This document shows positions 52,894 to 63,018 of a DNA stretch of 64,000 nucleotides, piece after piece. Both the position numbers and the translations under genes were made by a program. The stretch lies in IMG/VR virus record IMGVR_UViG_3300020050_009955, positions 35,356 through 99,355 of that record. The stretch is one strand, 5' to 3'. The notes beneath the pieces were generated by a model that was not told where the DNA came from, did no database searches, and worked only from the letters and a program-made list of their open reading frames with translations. This stretch comes from a virus. Taxonomy: Duplodnaviria; Caudoviricetes. The stretch's first letter is position 1. Every line of letters begins with the position of its first letter.

Positions 52894-54516
52894 TTATTTC
52901 TTCCTGTTAGCAATAATAGGAACAACATTGTCCTTTAGCTTAGGAGGAGTTTGTGTTTTTTCAAGTTTTGTACCTTTAGATTGCACAGCCTCTTTCAAAG
53001 CATCTGCAATTGGTACAGGGACTACGCAATGATGAATATCTGCTAGAGTAATTTCATTCTCTAGAGCATATGGTTTATCAGCACCAGGTAGAGTATTTTT
53101 CGTTTTCAGTGTATGCTCATAGAGCTTCTGATCAAATACATCAACAATTGGATCAATATTCTCTTTAATTTTCTCAACAGCTTTATCAGCTGTAGGTTTC
53201 TTAAGAGGTGTTAAATGTATTGCAACATCAACTCTACCAGCTCTAAAAGCAGCAGGATTGACATGGCTTTGCTCAGCATTGAATATCAGAATGTACACTG
53301 TATTGTATTGACGTCTATGTTCACCATCTAGCATAGCAAGAAGTATTTGAGACGATGCTTTTGTATCATCTAATGCAATTTGAGCTTCATCAATAACCAT
53401 AATGTTTAATTGACGTTCAGATTCTTTTCCTGCACTATACACATCGTTTAGTGATTGACCTTCTGGACTAATATACAAACTCTCTGATATATCTTTCGCA
53501 CCACTATCAGTATTAAAGATCATAGGGGCAAAACCTTCGAATTCAGGTGTAATTACCGCTTCTACTGTTGAGGCGTTAAGATAAAAGACTTTACCAATAT
53601 TCTGTTTAGATAATTCATAACATAAATAACCACCTAATACAGTTTTACCTGTACCTACAGTACCCATGATATAAATATTATGCTTAGATTGGACAGCTTT
53701 GATAATACCTTCAGAAATGTCACTGAGACTTATTCTGTGTTTCTCATTGTTGAAATCGATGGTAATATCTTCATACATTGTTCTCAAATCTTCTGGACCG
53801 TTTATCAAGCTAAATGATTTGACGGATTGAGTAATATACTCAGCTCCTCTCTTCACTATCTTGTGAATGTAGAAAATTGGATTTTTAGAAGAATTTTCAG
53901 TTTTGATAGTAACACTATGGCTCCTAACAATTTTGATAACTTCATCAAATTTAAACTTTGTTTTTCTATCATGATAGATTATAACATCACTCATGGTATT
54001 TACAAGCTTTTTAGGATCATTTGGTAAAACCTTTTTGTACACTGTGTACAACATAATGATTTTTTCTCCTTCATGTGAAATAGACAAATAGATTTTATTT
54101 GCTTTAGATTCAGGAGCAGGTTCAGCATTAGTGATAACAACGTCAGATTGAAACTCAACTTTAGATTCTGGAAATCTTTCCAAAATGGCGTCTATAGTTG
54201 GGTCGTTTAAATAATAAACTCTTTCACTCGTTCCCGATTTTTGTTGGTTTTCTACAGAAAGCCTAGTAGAGAAGGTGAACTTTTTTCGTATACCCAACAA
54301 TTTGGCAGCTATATCAGCTTCTCCTAATTCTCCAAATTTATAGGAGTCTATAATATTTGCAGTAGGCATTACAGGACTAGCAATTTCTTGTTCAGCCAAT
54401 TGTCGCATTTTTGCATTATGTCTAATATACATAACTACAAATACTATCACAATGATAGTGAAGAAAAATGCAAATATAGGAAAAAATATTCCTATTTGAG
54501 AAATTTCTAACAACAT
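52894..54516 (-). CDS. Membrane-anchored AAA+ ATPase (BCS1-like architecture)
   Basis: N-terminal TM segment, GTVGTGKT, MVIDE, LLAMLDG and AAFRAGRVD second region of homology. Confidence 0.8.
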   Translation of the reverse strand: MLLEISQIGIFFPIFAFFFTIIVIVFVVMYIRHNAKMRQLAEQEIASPVMPTANIIDSYKFGELGEADIAAKLLGIRKKFTFSTRLSVENQQKSGTSERVYYLNDPTIDAILERFPESKVEFQSDVVITNAEPAPESKANKIYLSISHEGEKIIMLYTVYKKVLPNDPKKLVNTMSDVIIYHDRKTKFKFDEVIKIVRSHSVTIKTENSSKNPIFYIHKIVKRGAEYITQSVKSFSLINGPEDLRTMYEDITIDFNNEKHRISLSDISEGIIKAVQSKHNIYIMGTVGTGKTVLGGYLCYELSKQNIGKVFYLNASTVEAVITPEFEGFAPMIFNTDSGAKDISESLYISPEGQSLNDVYSAGKESERQLNIMVIDEAQIALDDTKASSQILLAMLDGEHRRQYNTVYILIFNAEQSHVNPAAFRAGRVDVAIHLTPLKKPTADKAVEKIKENIDPIVDVFDQKLYEHTLKTKNTLPGADKPYALENEITLADIHHCVVPVPIADALKEAVQSKGTKLEKTQTPPKLKDNVVPIIANRKK

Positions 54517-54569
54517 AATTTTTACATTTTTTATGTGAATAAATAAATACTTAAACAGAGGCCTCCCCG

Positions 54570-55103
54570 TTAAGAGGAGGCTTGTTTCTTAAGTTCATGA
54601 ACTTTTTGTACATAACTGAGAATATCTCTCAACTTTGTGGGGTAAGATTTATCCTCAGCATAACCATAATCAACGAGGAATTGAATATACTCCTCATTGG
54701 TTTTGACCTTCTTACCACGACTAGCTTCATATCGGGACAGGTACTTCTGTTGCCATGCTATGTAGTCTTTCAACGAAGCGCTAAAATCCCCACCATAATC
54801 TGCATGACCTAGTTGTGATCCCTTAGAGAATCCCCTCTTGTTGTGTTTCATACCGAAACCATTCCCATTCTTCAAAAATACCTCTGAAGACGCATATCCT
54901 GTTTCCAAGATAAATTGAGACATAACAACTTCAGGGAATCTTGCCCCAGCATCTACTATAGGCTCGAATGCTTTGTTCCACTTCTCTATTACCGGAGTAA
55001 CTCCCCGAATAACAGTAGAAATGCGTGGACGCTCAGTAAACAATATTACAGCTATTAATGCGGCTGTACAAAAACCGGCAGCGAAAGCTAATGTATTTTT
55101 CAT
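54570..55103 (-). CDS. GH73 glucosaminidase (peptidoglycan hydrolase) with an N-terminal anchor
   Basis: SQFILETGY, NGFGMK and GYAEDKSY.KL. Confidence 0.85.
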   Translation of the reverse strand: MKNTLAFAAGFCTAALIAVILFTERPRISTVIRGVTPVIEKWNKAFEPIVDAGARFPEVVMSQFILETGYASSEVFLKNGNGFGMKHNKRGFSKGSQLGHADYGGDFSASLKDYIAWQQKYLSRYEASRGKKVKTNEEYIQFLVDYGYAEDKSYPTKLRDILSYVQKVHELKKQASS

Positions 55104-55151
55104 GATGTATTTTTTTAGATGTCCTCGACACGATTTTTAAATTAATTATAA

Positions 55152-55853
55152 TTAACATTTTTCGAAAGCAAACATTGGATATTTCACATCTGTTTTGCCT
55201 ACAAATTTTAATTTTGTTTTTTCTTCGATTGCTTTTATCGCAGCTTCTATTGATTTTGCGGCAGCTGCATACTCAGTAATTAAAACTCTTAATTGATTTT
55301 CTGAATATGCGATAATTGTTGGAGAATCTTGCATTTTAGCAATAATATCATCCATAATTGGTACACCAGTGGTTACCAACTTTACTTTGTCAGCTATGAA
55401 TTTCTCCTCCCCTTTGTGAAAGAATTTCTGTAGAACAAATTCTACTTTATCATTCACTTTAAACGGGATATTGATATCAAAATTCTTTCTTTGAGCAGTA
55501 TAAATCATTGGAACTCCATCAATAATAGTACCAATCTTCAACATATTAATGTTGTTGTGTGGTTCTGATCTTTGGATACCTGATATTACACCGGTCTTAG
55601 TCATTGATTTTTCAGTTCTCGGTGGAACTTTGAATAGCGGAGTTTTGGGATTTTCTGGAGCAATATTCTCCACAACTTCTTCTGAAACTATTGGCGCTAT
55701 TGGTGCAATAGGTTCTATCGGAGCGATATCAATTACTGGTGGAATAATTTCTTGTTTAGATTTTTCCACGTCAATGATTTTGCTCAAATCTTCGAGGGTT
55801 GATGCTACTTTTCTCGGTTTATTCCCTCCCTTGTTACGACTTCTTCTTCCCAT
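55152..55853 (-). CDS. Hypothetical protein with a possible cold-shock/OB-fold domain
   Basis: Basic N-terminus, PIA repeats and KTGVI...FKVNDKVEF...ADKVKL. Confidence 0.45.
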   Translation of the reverse strand: MGRRSRNKGGNKPRKVASTLEDLSKIIDVEKSKQEIIPPVIDIAPIEPIAPIAPIVSEEVVENIAPENPKTPLFKVPPRTEKSMTKTGVISGIQRSEPHNNINMLKIGTIIDGVPMIYTAQRKNFDINIPFKVNDKVEFVLQKFFHKGEEKFIADKVKLVTTGVPIMDDIIAKMQDSPTIIAYSENQLRVLITEYAAAAKSIEAAIKAIEEKTKLKFVGKTDVKYPMFAFEKC

Positions 55854-56169
55854 GGTTAATGTTCAAATTTTTTAGTTTAGTTAATAATTGTGTAAAATAG
55901 CTTCCTGAGGCAGAGGCTATGGTATGAAAGGTAAGTAAAGATGCTATGCTTTCTAAAGCTTCTTTGTCTTTATCTGAAAAGCCAAATTCTTTAAAATCAT
56001 TACCATAATCATGTCTAAATGCGTTGTACATTTCTACAGTTAATACCTCTTCAGTTTGCAGTATCTCTACTAGCTTAATTGTATTTTTGAGAGTTCTTTT
56101 CATCCAAGCTTTGTTTTTCGAAGCTATCGATAATTTCCTCCCATTTGTGCTCTTTAATGAGCCTTCCAT
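55834..56169 (-). CDS. Hypothetical protein (start may be 56103)
   Basis: ORF track. Confidence 0.5.
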   Translation of the reverse strand: MEGSLKSTNGRKLSIASKNKAWMKRTLKNTIKLVEILQTEEVLTVEMYNAFRHDYGNDFKEFGFSDKDKEALESIASLLTFHTIASASGSYFTQLLTKLKNLNINHGKKKS

Positions 56170-56458
56170 AAAAAATCAAATTTTTAATTAGTAAAATAAT
56201 GCTTACAAACGGTCCAAATAATACAACTATAGTCATAATTATGGAGCGTCTTACAGTTTTGGGTTTGTCAGATACATAAAATGTAATGACTTTCGAAGCA
56301 GAATAATACAAGCTGCCTAAAACCCAGATAAAAGCCATGATATAAATCATACTATCAGATCTGAATAGAGTTCTCTGGAACTGGTATACTAATAGAGCAT
56401 TGATAACACCTCCAATTAGTGGCATCCATTGTATAAACTGCAATAATTTTCCTCTCAT
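56075..56458 (-). CDS. Three-TM membrane protein
   Basis: Three hydrophobic segments. Confidence 0.6.
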   Translation of the reverse strand: MRGKLLQFIQWMPLIGGVINALLVYQFQRTLFRSDSMIYIMAFIWVLGSLYYSASKVITFYVSDKPKTVRRSIIMTIVVLFGPFVSIILLIKNLIFYGRLIKEHKWEEIIDSFEKQSLDEKNSQKYN

Positions 56459-56771
56459 CTTTATTAATTAAGAGTTTAAAAGATTTAAATTTTAGAAGAA
56501 AACTAAATTGCTCAGATAAAATCAAAGTAAAATAGTCTGTTCTAATATTGGCTACTATAAGATCAGTTAAGTCAACTTCTTGTATAAGTTGACTGAGAGG
56601 CTTAAGAATGTCTCTAGGTCTAGCCACACATAGAGCACGCTTCTTATCCGTTGTATGTCCGATAATATCAACTATCAGATCATTTTTATAAACACCCAGG
56701 GTATCATTGAGTGTTATTTTTTTAAGCCATAAGCGGCCATCCATTAGTTTAGTCCGAAATCTACTTGCCAT
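56355..56771 (-). CDS. Hypothetical protein
   Basis: ORF track. Confidence 0.45.
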   Translation of the reverse strand: MASRFRTKLMDGRLWLKKITLNDTLGVYKNDLIVDIIGHTTDKKRALCVARPRDILKPLSQLIQEVDLTDLIVANIRTDYFTLILSEQFSFLLKFKSFKLLINKDERKIIAVYTMDATNWRCYQCSISIPVPENSIQI

Positions 56772-57031
56772 GATATAACCATTAAACTTTTTATAGGATG
56801 TTCTTCAAAATTTAAAGAATAAACAGAATATCCTAATATTGATAAAATAGATACTGTTTCATGCATCTTGTCAGATATGTATATAGTTACTTCAGTTTGA
56901 AATTTGTGATTTCTTGCGGCATTTCGAATTTTCATCAAAACCATTACAGTAAGAGAACTTAATGCCATTTTAGGATTAGGCGGCATATTTCTCTTGAACT
57001 TGGTATAATAAAATATGTCGGAAGCTCTCAT
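56744..57031 (-). CDS. Hypothetical protein
   Basis: ORF track; ATGA overlap. Confidence 0.55.
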   Translation of the reverse strand: MRASDIFYYTKFKRNMPPNPKMALSSLTVMVLMKIRNAARNHKFQTEVTIYISDKMHETVSILSILGYSVYSLNFEEHPIKSLMVISWQVDFGLN

Positions 57032-57489
57032 CTTTTAGAAGACTTAAAATCCTTACAATATTTATAAAATGTATCTTTAATGCCTTTACATCGTATTTGT
57101 AGTTGTCTAAGCTCATCTACACCAAGTAATCTTTCAACTTTGTGTACTAGAACCAAATTAGGTCTTTGAGGTTTAGTTTCAACTAAAAACGGATTCAGCT
57201 TTGATACATGTATATCATATGGAAAACATAATTCTTCCAAATGTTTTCTTGCTGTAGGTATATCTATTACACTGCTACTTCCAAATAAATTCTTTATTTC
57301 TCTTGACATAACTAATTTATAAGCAACTTGTGTTTGAATACCATTAGCATCTGAAATGTAGGTTATAGTTAATGGGTGTAAATAGATAGGAGGAGATATT
57401 ACAATTTTACTGTATACAATCTCTTTCTTTCTCTCTTCTGGAGTAGACCATTCTGTCTGAAATCCAGGTTTAACTTTATCATTTTCCAT
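57028..57489 (-). CDS. Hypothetical protein
   Basis: ORF track; coupled junctions. Confidence 0.55.
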   Translation of the reverse strand: MENDKVKPGFQTEWSTPEERKKEIVYSKIVISPPIYLHPLTITYISDANGIQTQVAYKLVMSREIKNLFGSSSVIDIPTARKHLEELCFPYDIHVSKLNPFLVETKPQRPNLVLVHKVERLLGVDELRQLQIRCKGIKDTFYKYCKDFKSSKR

Positions 57490-57842
57490 TAGTATTTGAA
57501 TTTTAATTCTTGATTAATTTTATATAGAACGTCAAAAATTTCTGGGAATCTTTTAACAATGTTTTCAAAATTGATATCCTCAACATTATGTAAAACAAAG
57601 AAAAATATAGATATAGCATCTATATTCTCTTTCTTAATAAATTGAAATTCTAATCTTGTAACATCGTTTAACTCTTGGCACATTATTGGAATTAGAGCCT
57701 CTTTAATAGTTGAGAATTTTTTAATTCTGAACTTAAACAATAGTCTACTCACATCATCAGTAAATACTGTGAATGTAGCTAATTTTCTGTCTAGAGTCGG
57801 GCTGAGCTTCTCAGCTTCATGGATTAACTTAAATAGAGCCAT
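57489..57842 (-). CDS. Hypothetical protein
   Basis: ORF track. Confidence 0.55.
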   Translation of the reverse strand: MALFKLIHEAEKLSPTLDRKLATFTVFTDDVSRLLFKFRIKKFSTIKEALIPIMCQELNDVTRLEFQFIKKENIDAISIFFFVLHNVEDINFENIVKRFPEIFDVLYKINQELKFKY

Positions 57843-57921
57843 GATTTTATTTTAATTAGTTAATAAATAATTAAAGAGAGTTATAATATTTTTCAACATG
57901 AAACTCTCCAAATCCAAGATA

Positions 57922-58485
57922 CTACTTTTCAGTTACTTCATCTAATTCATCGATATGCCAATTAGGCTCATAACTCAGTTTATCCTCTTCAACTTCTTCA
58001 AGAGGTTTTTTAGATGAAGTAACTACATATTCATCCCAATCTGTTAATTCCCAGTATTGAGATATTTGCTGTAAAGCTGCTTTCCATTTAAGAAAAGCTA
58101 ATGGAGTTTTGATATCTGCATTGAAATTGAACTTCTTAGATTCATAAAATTCTCTGGGAGACATCCGTCCTGATAAAGTATAAGAATACGAAGTTGGCAA
58201 TTCTCCGCGCATAACTACAACATTCTTATAATCTTTTGATAATGTAACTTCTATTGAAGGAACATAATGTTCGTAGTAATCTACTACGAATCCTGACCCT
58301 TTCTGCAACTTGTGACATTTGATGTTGTAAGATAGACCTTTTTTAATGCCTTTTTTGAATTTATCTGGTACTAAAATAATGTGATCTTTTCCCAAGATAT
58401 TAGTTTGACCAATTGTGGCACCGTTTTTAAGGGATTTAAAGAATACGATATTAACAAAATCGTATTGTCTAGGATTTTTTTCCAT
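57922..58485 (-). CDS. Hypothetical protein with an acidic tail
   Basis: ORF track. Confidence 0.55.
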   Translation of the reverse strand: MEKNPRQYDFVNIVFFKSLKNGATIGQTNILGKDHIILVPDKFKKGIKKGLSYNIKCHKLQKGSGFVVDYYEHYVPSIEVTLSKDYKNVVVMRGELPTSYSYTLSGRMSPREFYESKKFNFNADIKTPLAFLKWKAALQQISQYWELTDWDEYVVTSSKKPLEEVEEDKLSYEPNWHIDELDEVTEK

Positions 58486-58672
58486 GATTTTTATTCTTTT
58501 TAAATGTTTTATTGATAGATTTTATAAATTCAGCATCTTGTTTTGATTGTGGTACATCTGGGCACATAGATGCTAATTTGTCCCAAGTGTTAAATGCAGA
58601 TTCATTGTTAGAGTCGCATATTATCTGGATCCTTGACCCAGACAGTTTAATTTCTGGTAGAACGATTTGCAT
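58469..58672 (-). CDS. Small hypothetical protein
   Basis: ORF track; fills the gap. Confidence 0.45.
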   Translation of the reverse strand: MQIVLPEIKLSGSRIQIICDSNNESAFNTWDKLASMCPDVPQSKQDAEFIKSINKTFKKNKNHGKKS

Positions 58673-59243
58673 ATCCTTTTTGTATTAAGAATATTAATTG
58701 TGAGTTAATTAATCTGTCTAGAGATTGTTTAGCAGCTAACAATTGTTTTGAATTCTTAACATTAGAGTTAAAATACTCATTACATTGTGCCATTTGTCGT
58801 TTGACATCAATTTCTGGTAATACTAAATCACCTTTGATTTTATGGTCAATGTGATAGTCAGATATTAAATACTGTAATTGTATTCCTGTTGTATCTAATA
58901 GGAATGTTTTTGATGCATTGTTAATTTGAATTATGGAAGTATCTATATTTACATAAAAAGATACCTTACCTGTTGTAGTCACAACTACTGGAACCTTTGA
59001 TTTAAATGGTACAGTATAATTATAAGTACAAGAGTCATTAACATCAAATTCACCGTGTATTAGTCTGAGCTTCTCAAAGAAGTCAGTTTCAGTATGTACA
59101 TATGTAGAATCAGACAATTGCGGTAACAGGAATCTCTCAGGTATAACCTTAACTAGAGTTTCCATTGCAGTTTTAGGTGAGTACAAATAGAATAGCGCAA
59201 ATGCACCAATTCCTAAGAACACCCATGTTATTACTCTTTTCAT
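58647..59243 (-). CDS. Membrane-anchored protein, DUF4230-like
   Basis: N-terminal TM segment, then a beta-rich body (VTTTGKVSFYVNID) and a C-terminal LLAAKQSL helix. Confidence 0.45.
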   Translation of the reverse strand: MKRVITWVFLGIGAFALFYLYSPKTAMETLVKVIPERFLLPQLSDSTYVHTETDFFEKLRLIHGEFDVNDSCTYNYTVPFKSKVPVVVTTTGKVSFYVNIDTSIIQINNASKTFLLDTTGIQLQYLISDYHIDHKIKGDLVLPEIDVKRQMAQCNEYFNSNVKNSKQLLAAKQSLDRLINSQLIFLIQKGYANRSTRN

Positions 59244-59563
59244 GTTTTATAAGGATTAAAGGGTTCAGGTGGTCCAATAAGTGCTTCTGCTAGTATAACT
59301 ATTATACATAATAACAGCACAAATAATACTGTGCTGCCTATAGGAGACATTTCTTTAATTGTCTCCCATTCTCCAAACTTTTTAGAAGAGTGGATAGTAT
59401 AATTTTGTGGTTTTGTTGATGGGCTTGTATATACTGCTAAAGCAGTCCCATCTTTGTATACATCTATAATTTGTACTCTCTTCTCTATAGTAAATATTTC
59501 GGAGTTGTATATTAGCATCATTAATAGAGAAATAATGACACATACTCCAAACCTTTTGAGCAT
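59240..59563 (-). CDS. Two-TM membrane protein
   Basis: N- and C-terminal hydrophobic segments. Confidence 0.6.
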   Translation of the reverse strand: MLKRFGVCVIISLLMMLIYNSEIFTIEKRVQIIDVYKDGTALAVYTSPSTKPQNYTIHSSKKFGEWETIKEMSPIGSTVLFVLLLCIIVILAEALIGPPEPFNPYKT

Positions 59564-59580
59564 TAGATTTTATTTTAGAT

Positions 59581-59614
59581 AAAAAAATGAGGGTGAGAAC
59601 ATATCCCCACCCTC
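59581..59614 (-). terminator. Intrinsic terminator
   Basis: Minus strand GAGGGTGGGGA-tatg-TTCTCACCCTC-ATTTTTTT. Confidence 0.85.
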
Positions 59615-59628
59615 TAGAAAAATCCGGG

Positions 59629-60219
59629 TTATGCTTTTGCAGTCAATCTAGCTCTTGTTTTAGCTAGTTGAATTTTTAAGTCAGCTGGAAGCATTTTGAT
59701 GTCAGCAATTTCAGCATGAGAAGCTAACTGAAGAACTAAACCAATGTTCGCCATCAAATTTGATGGATCATTGTTTAACTCATCAGTGATTTCAGCAAGA
59801 TAGAATTGACCTTCTTCTTCATTTTCTTCTTCACTATCATCTGCTTCTTTTTTAACTGTATCCAAAACGATTTCATCAGTTTTGTTTTCAACTGCAACAA
59901 TGGCTGCAGCTTTCTCAGCTTTCTCAGCTTTCTCAGCTTCCTCTACTTGTTGTAGAGTATCGAGATACAATGCGGCATATTCTTCTTTAGCCTGTTTTGC
60001 CAAATTGAAACCAGCAACATAACTAGGATTAGCTTTTACAGTTTCCTCCTTCATATCCCAATAAGCTTTACGAAACTCTGGAGTATTAGAATTTCCAAAT
60101 TTCTGGAAACTCTCCAATTTTTCCATTATTTCAGCTCCATTTTGAAACAATTTTACAGCTTCATCAAAACTGAGAGCTATTACTTCAGCACCTTTTGTGA
60201 TTTTTTCCATGATTTTCAT
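59629..60219 (-). CDS. Acidic helical hypothetical protein (AEK repeats)
   Basis: ORF track; followed by a strong terminator. Confidence 0.65.
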   Translation of the reverse strand: MKIMEKITKGAEVIALSFDEAVKLFQNGAEIMEKLESFQKFGNSNTPEFRKAYWDMKEETVKANPSYVAGFNLAKQAKEEYAALYLDTLQQVEEAEKAEKAEKAAAIVAVENKTDEIVLDTVKKEADDSEEENEEEGQFYLAEITDELNNDPSNLMANIGLVLQLASHAEIADIKMLPADLKIQLAKTRARLTAKA

Positions 60220-60231
60220 GATTTTTAAAAA

Positions 60232-60531
60232 TTAAATAATATTGTTATCTTCGAGCTTATCCAAATATTCATATTTGGCATAAAGATCGCCAATCACAGA
60301 CGCTCGAATCTGTGCAGCGGTTTTTGTGTTATTTGTATTATCTAAACTATCATACATCTCATCATAATCTTTAAAGATTCTCAGAGTAATTTTATGGACA
60401 TTATCTAAGGTCCACCGTTCTATTTCGGCAGGACTGTAATTATCCCTAATAGTTTTAATAATTACATTAGCAGGTACGCTAGATACAGCGCAATCTACCA
60501 GTAATTTACTTATTGGCAACAGTGTAGCCAT
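60232..60531 (-). CDS. Hypothetical protein
   Basis: ORF track. Confidence 0.55.
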   Translation of the reverse strand: MATLLPISKLLVDCAVSSVPANVIIKTIRDNYSPAEIERWTLDNVHKITLRIFKDYDEMYDSLDNTNNTKTAAQIRASVIGDLYAKYEYLDKLEDNNII

Positions 60532-60823
60532 GACTCGGGCATTTATCTCCTAAAGCTTTAACTTTACGCTTACAAGGAGTTCCTTTTTTGGTTAATGCTC
60601 CACATGTAATAGCTGGAGTTTCTGTACCATCAGTACCGGTTGTTTTGTTACAGCATTTAGCAGGAGTATATCCTGTCAGGTCACTGATTACCTTTGCTGG
60701 ATTAAAATACCTACAAGTAGATTGATGGTATTTTTTAGATGAGGTGGATCCAGACACCTGTGCATGTGCTCCTATGGACCATAAGAGTAGTGTCATTACA
60801 ATAATAAAAATAGATGGTTTCAT
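60506..60823 (-). CDS. Secreted protein with a C-terminal C-x-A-x-TKKG-x2-C-x-C-x2-H zinc-binding domain (DUF5763-like)
   Basis: Signal peptide ending AHA; CGALTKKGTPCKRKV....KCPSH. Confidence 0.65.
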   Translation of the reverse strand: MKPSIFIIVMTLLLWSIGAHAQVSGSTSSKKYHQSTCRYFNPAKVISDLTGYTPAKCCNKTTGTDGTETPAITCGALTKKGTPCKRKVKALGDKCPSHGYTVANK

Positions 60824-60860
60824 ATATATGAATTTTGGTTAAAAAAAATTATTTACAGGT

Positions 60861-60894
60861 AAAAAAAACGTGGCATATTCTAGTACTATGCCAC
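60861..60894 (-). terminator. Intrinsic terminator
   Basis: Minus strand GTGGCATA-loop-TATGCCAC-GTTTTTTTT. Confidence 0.75.
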
Positions 60895-61122
60895 TGTAAA
60901 TTTCCCTATTAACGACGTACAGATTTAATCAAAGGTGAGATAGGAGACTAGAACATCCTATATATTTTAAAAACCCTGGCTTGTGCGGCTAACCAACCAA
61001 AATAGAATCAGAGTGACTATGAATGAAAATTCAAGAGAGTTGCACAATTGGTAATGCCAGGGTTGATCATTATTCTTCTTTTGGTTTTTTATAAACCTTT
61101 ACAATGTATATTACAACAACTG

Positions 61123-61536
61123 TTATTGCTGTATAGTTCCTGGTAACGCAAACCAAGGAATTTCGATCTCTTCATAACAGGATTTATCCTGATTAAATAA
61201 TTCATGCTCATTAGGCAATATTACAAAACTTGCTTTTGCTACAGGCTCTTCCTGGTTATCCTTAAAAAATAATACTACAGAAACTTTGCTATTTTTTGAA
61301 ATAATTGTAAATGTACTAGTACGAGATCCAATTTGCGTTCCTTTTATGCAAGTTTTGTCGTAAGTTTTGTCAAAAAAGATAGGATATTCTACGTAATATA
61401 TAGACCCTTTACAAAAATCTTTTTTGGTCAAGTTCATAGTATACTTTTCTTCATCAGTATACCCATATTTTACAGGTTGGTTTTCAATCGGCATTTCTTC
61501 TCTTTCTGCGATTATTTTTTTCTTAAATATAGACAT
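61123..61536 (-). CDS. Hypothetical protein
   Basis: ORF track. Confidence 0.55.
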   Translation of the reverse strand: MSIFKKKIIAEREEMPIENQPVKYGYTDEEKYTMNLTKKDFCKGSIYYVEYPIFFDKTYDKTCIKGTQIGSRTSTFTIISKNSKVSVVLFFKDNQEEPVAKASFVILPNEHELFNQDKSCYEEIEIPWFALPGTIQQ

Positions 61537-61665
61537 AGTAATTTCTTTTTTATCAATTATTAAATCGATTAAAACCTAGATAGGAGCAAGCTGGATAGGA
61601 AAACAAATTGGATATATAAATCGGCTCGCCTGCCCCTTATCTAGGAAAATCATGACAATTATCTT

Positions 61666-61842
61666 CTATCTTCTGTGTAACTTATTTTTTATATAGTTTC
61701 GCAACAATGCTGTAAACAGCATTAATGTAATTAATGGGTGTACTATTACAAATAGTATGACGTTAAATTCCTTGTAGGTTAAACCTAACATAGGAGAAAC
61801 ATCCTCCATTATCTTTACGCAGATATCAAATATTGTATCCAT
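61666..61842 (-). CDS. Small membrane protein (58 aa; not in the ORF track)
   Basis: Reads MDTIFDICVKIMEDVSPMLGLTYKEFNVILFVIVHPLITLMLFTALLRNYIKNKLHRR*; overlaps the upstream stop. Confidence 0.65.
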   Translation of the reverse strand: MDTIFDICVKIMEDVSPMLGLTYKEFNVILFVIVHPLITLMLFTALLRNYIKNKLHRR

Positions 61843-62681
61843 CATCTCATATCTTTTTGAAGTGCCATAAAAATAGAATGCTCTACAAAATTTATAGAGA
61901 TTGAAATTAGATCACCTTTTAGATTTTCTACAAAATATGTAACAATTTTATCTGGATTATCTTCATTATCTACGAAACCAGTAGAATAAATATCACCTTG
62001 CAAGTATTTTAAAAACTTATTTATTTCTTTGTTATTATTGAAAGTTTGGCAATAATATACTACTACACCATCTTCAACATACATTGCTAATAATGTTTCA
62101 GGATATTTCCAATATCTCCATCTCTTACCATAATCATCATTATAGTATCTAGGGATACCAAATCCTGAATTTGAATCTTCTGCCCAATGTGTGGCATATG
62201 GAAATCCTACAACAACTGTAGCAATATTGTCCAACAATTCCATTGTAACACTAGATCTTATTCCAATTGGAGTAAGAATATGATCTCTTCCTACTTGAGC
62301 CTCACTGACTCGAGTGATTAGCATAATGGCTATAACAATTAACCACACCTTATATTTTAAAGGCTCATTGTTTAGTTGTTCTAGCTTACGCTTTTTTTCT
62401 AATTTCTTTTCATATTCCCCATCAGGTTGACAGAGCAAATACGCTCTATAGGCTCTAAAGCCTATTAAAGGTACCAGGAGAAAGAAAAAGATAGTAATAT
62501 CACCACCGGCTGCATAAATCATACAACCTATCCAGGCTGTCATAATTATAAGCATTCCAATGAATGATTTGTAATGTTTGTATACTATCATAACTATGAT
62601 AGATACAATTAGTGCAATAAAAATTATTAGTGACACATTTGCACAATATATGTTTACTAGGTTAATAAAAGACTGTTTCAT
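61842..62681 (-). CDS. Multi-pass membrane protein with a C-terminal soluble domain
   Basis: Four hydrophobic segments in the N-terminal half. Confidence 0.65.
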   Translation of the reverse strand: MKQSFINLVNIYCANVSLIIFIALIVSIIVMIVYKHYKSFIGMLIIMTAWIGCMIYAAGGDITIFFFLLVPLIGFRAYRAYLLCQPDGEYEKKLEKKRKLEQLNNEPLKYKVWLIVIAIMLITRVSEAQVGRDHILTPIGIRSSVTMELLDNIATVVVGFPYATHWAEDSNSGFGIPRYYNDDYGKRWRYWKYPETLLAMYVEDGVVVYYCQTFNNNKEINKFLKYLQGDIYSTGFVDNEDNPDKIVTYFVENLKGDLISISINFVEHSIFMALQKDMR

Positions 62682-62809
62682 AATTTGTATTTTTTAAAAT
62701 TGTTAATTAATAGATTTAACATGTTTTTATCTGGGATAAATAAGGCGCCGAGTATAGCTATAATCATTAATGCTGTGAAATTAGCTAATTCTATTATTCG
62801 CTTTCTCAT
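62678..62809 (-). CDS. Small membrane protein (43 aa; not in the ORF track)
   Basis: Reads MRKRIIELANFTALMIIAILGALFIPDKNMLNLLINNFKKYKL*, with ATGA overlaps at both ends. Confidence 0.6.
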   Translation of the reverse strand: MRKRIIELANFTALMIIAILGALFIPDKNMLNLLINNFKKYKL

Positions 62810-63018
62810 GGTAGCGGTTTTATATGTTTAACATAATACTCTCTTAATGAGATTATAACCAACCACCAATGTATGTATAGGAAATAAATGAATGCCCAAA
62901 CATCATCCTGAATACATTGTAAATAGGTAGCCCCAAATATAAGACCAACTGTGCTAAATAGTAAATAATATCCTACGGTAAGCACAAAGTACAGTAGGAT
63001 GAAAATAATAACTTTCAT
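62806..63018 (-). CDS. Two-TM small membrane protein
   Basis: ORF track; hydrophobic. Confidence 0.6.
   Translation of the reverse strand: MKVIIFILLYFVLTVGYYLLFSTVGLIFGATYLQCIQDDVWAFIYFLYIHWWLVIISLREYYVKHIKPLP

Noticed and set aside
59908-59938. 9-bp tandem repeat
   Set aside because: It simply encodes AEKAEKAEK in frame and is not a regulatory or phase-variable repeat.
29522-61563. Short plus-strand ORFs within the minus-strand block (for example 38660-39205, 39680-40180, 41734-42066)
   Set aside because: They are antisense to genes with clear catalytic motifs and have no independent support.
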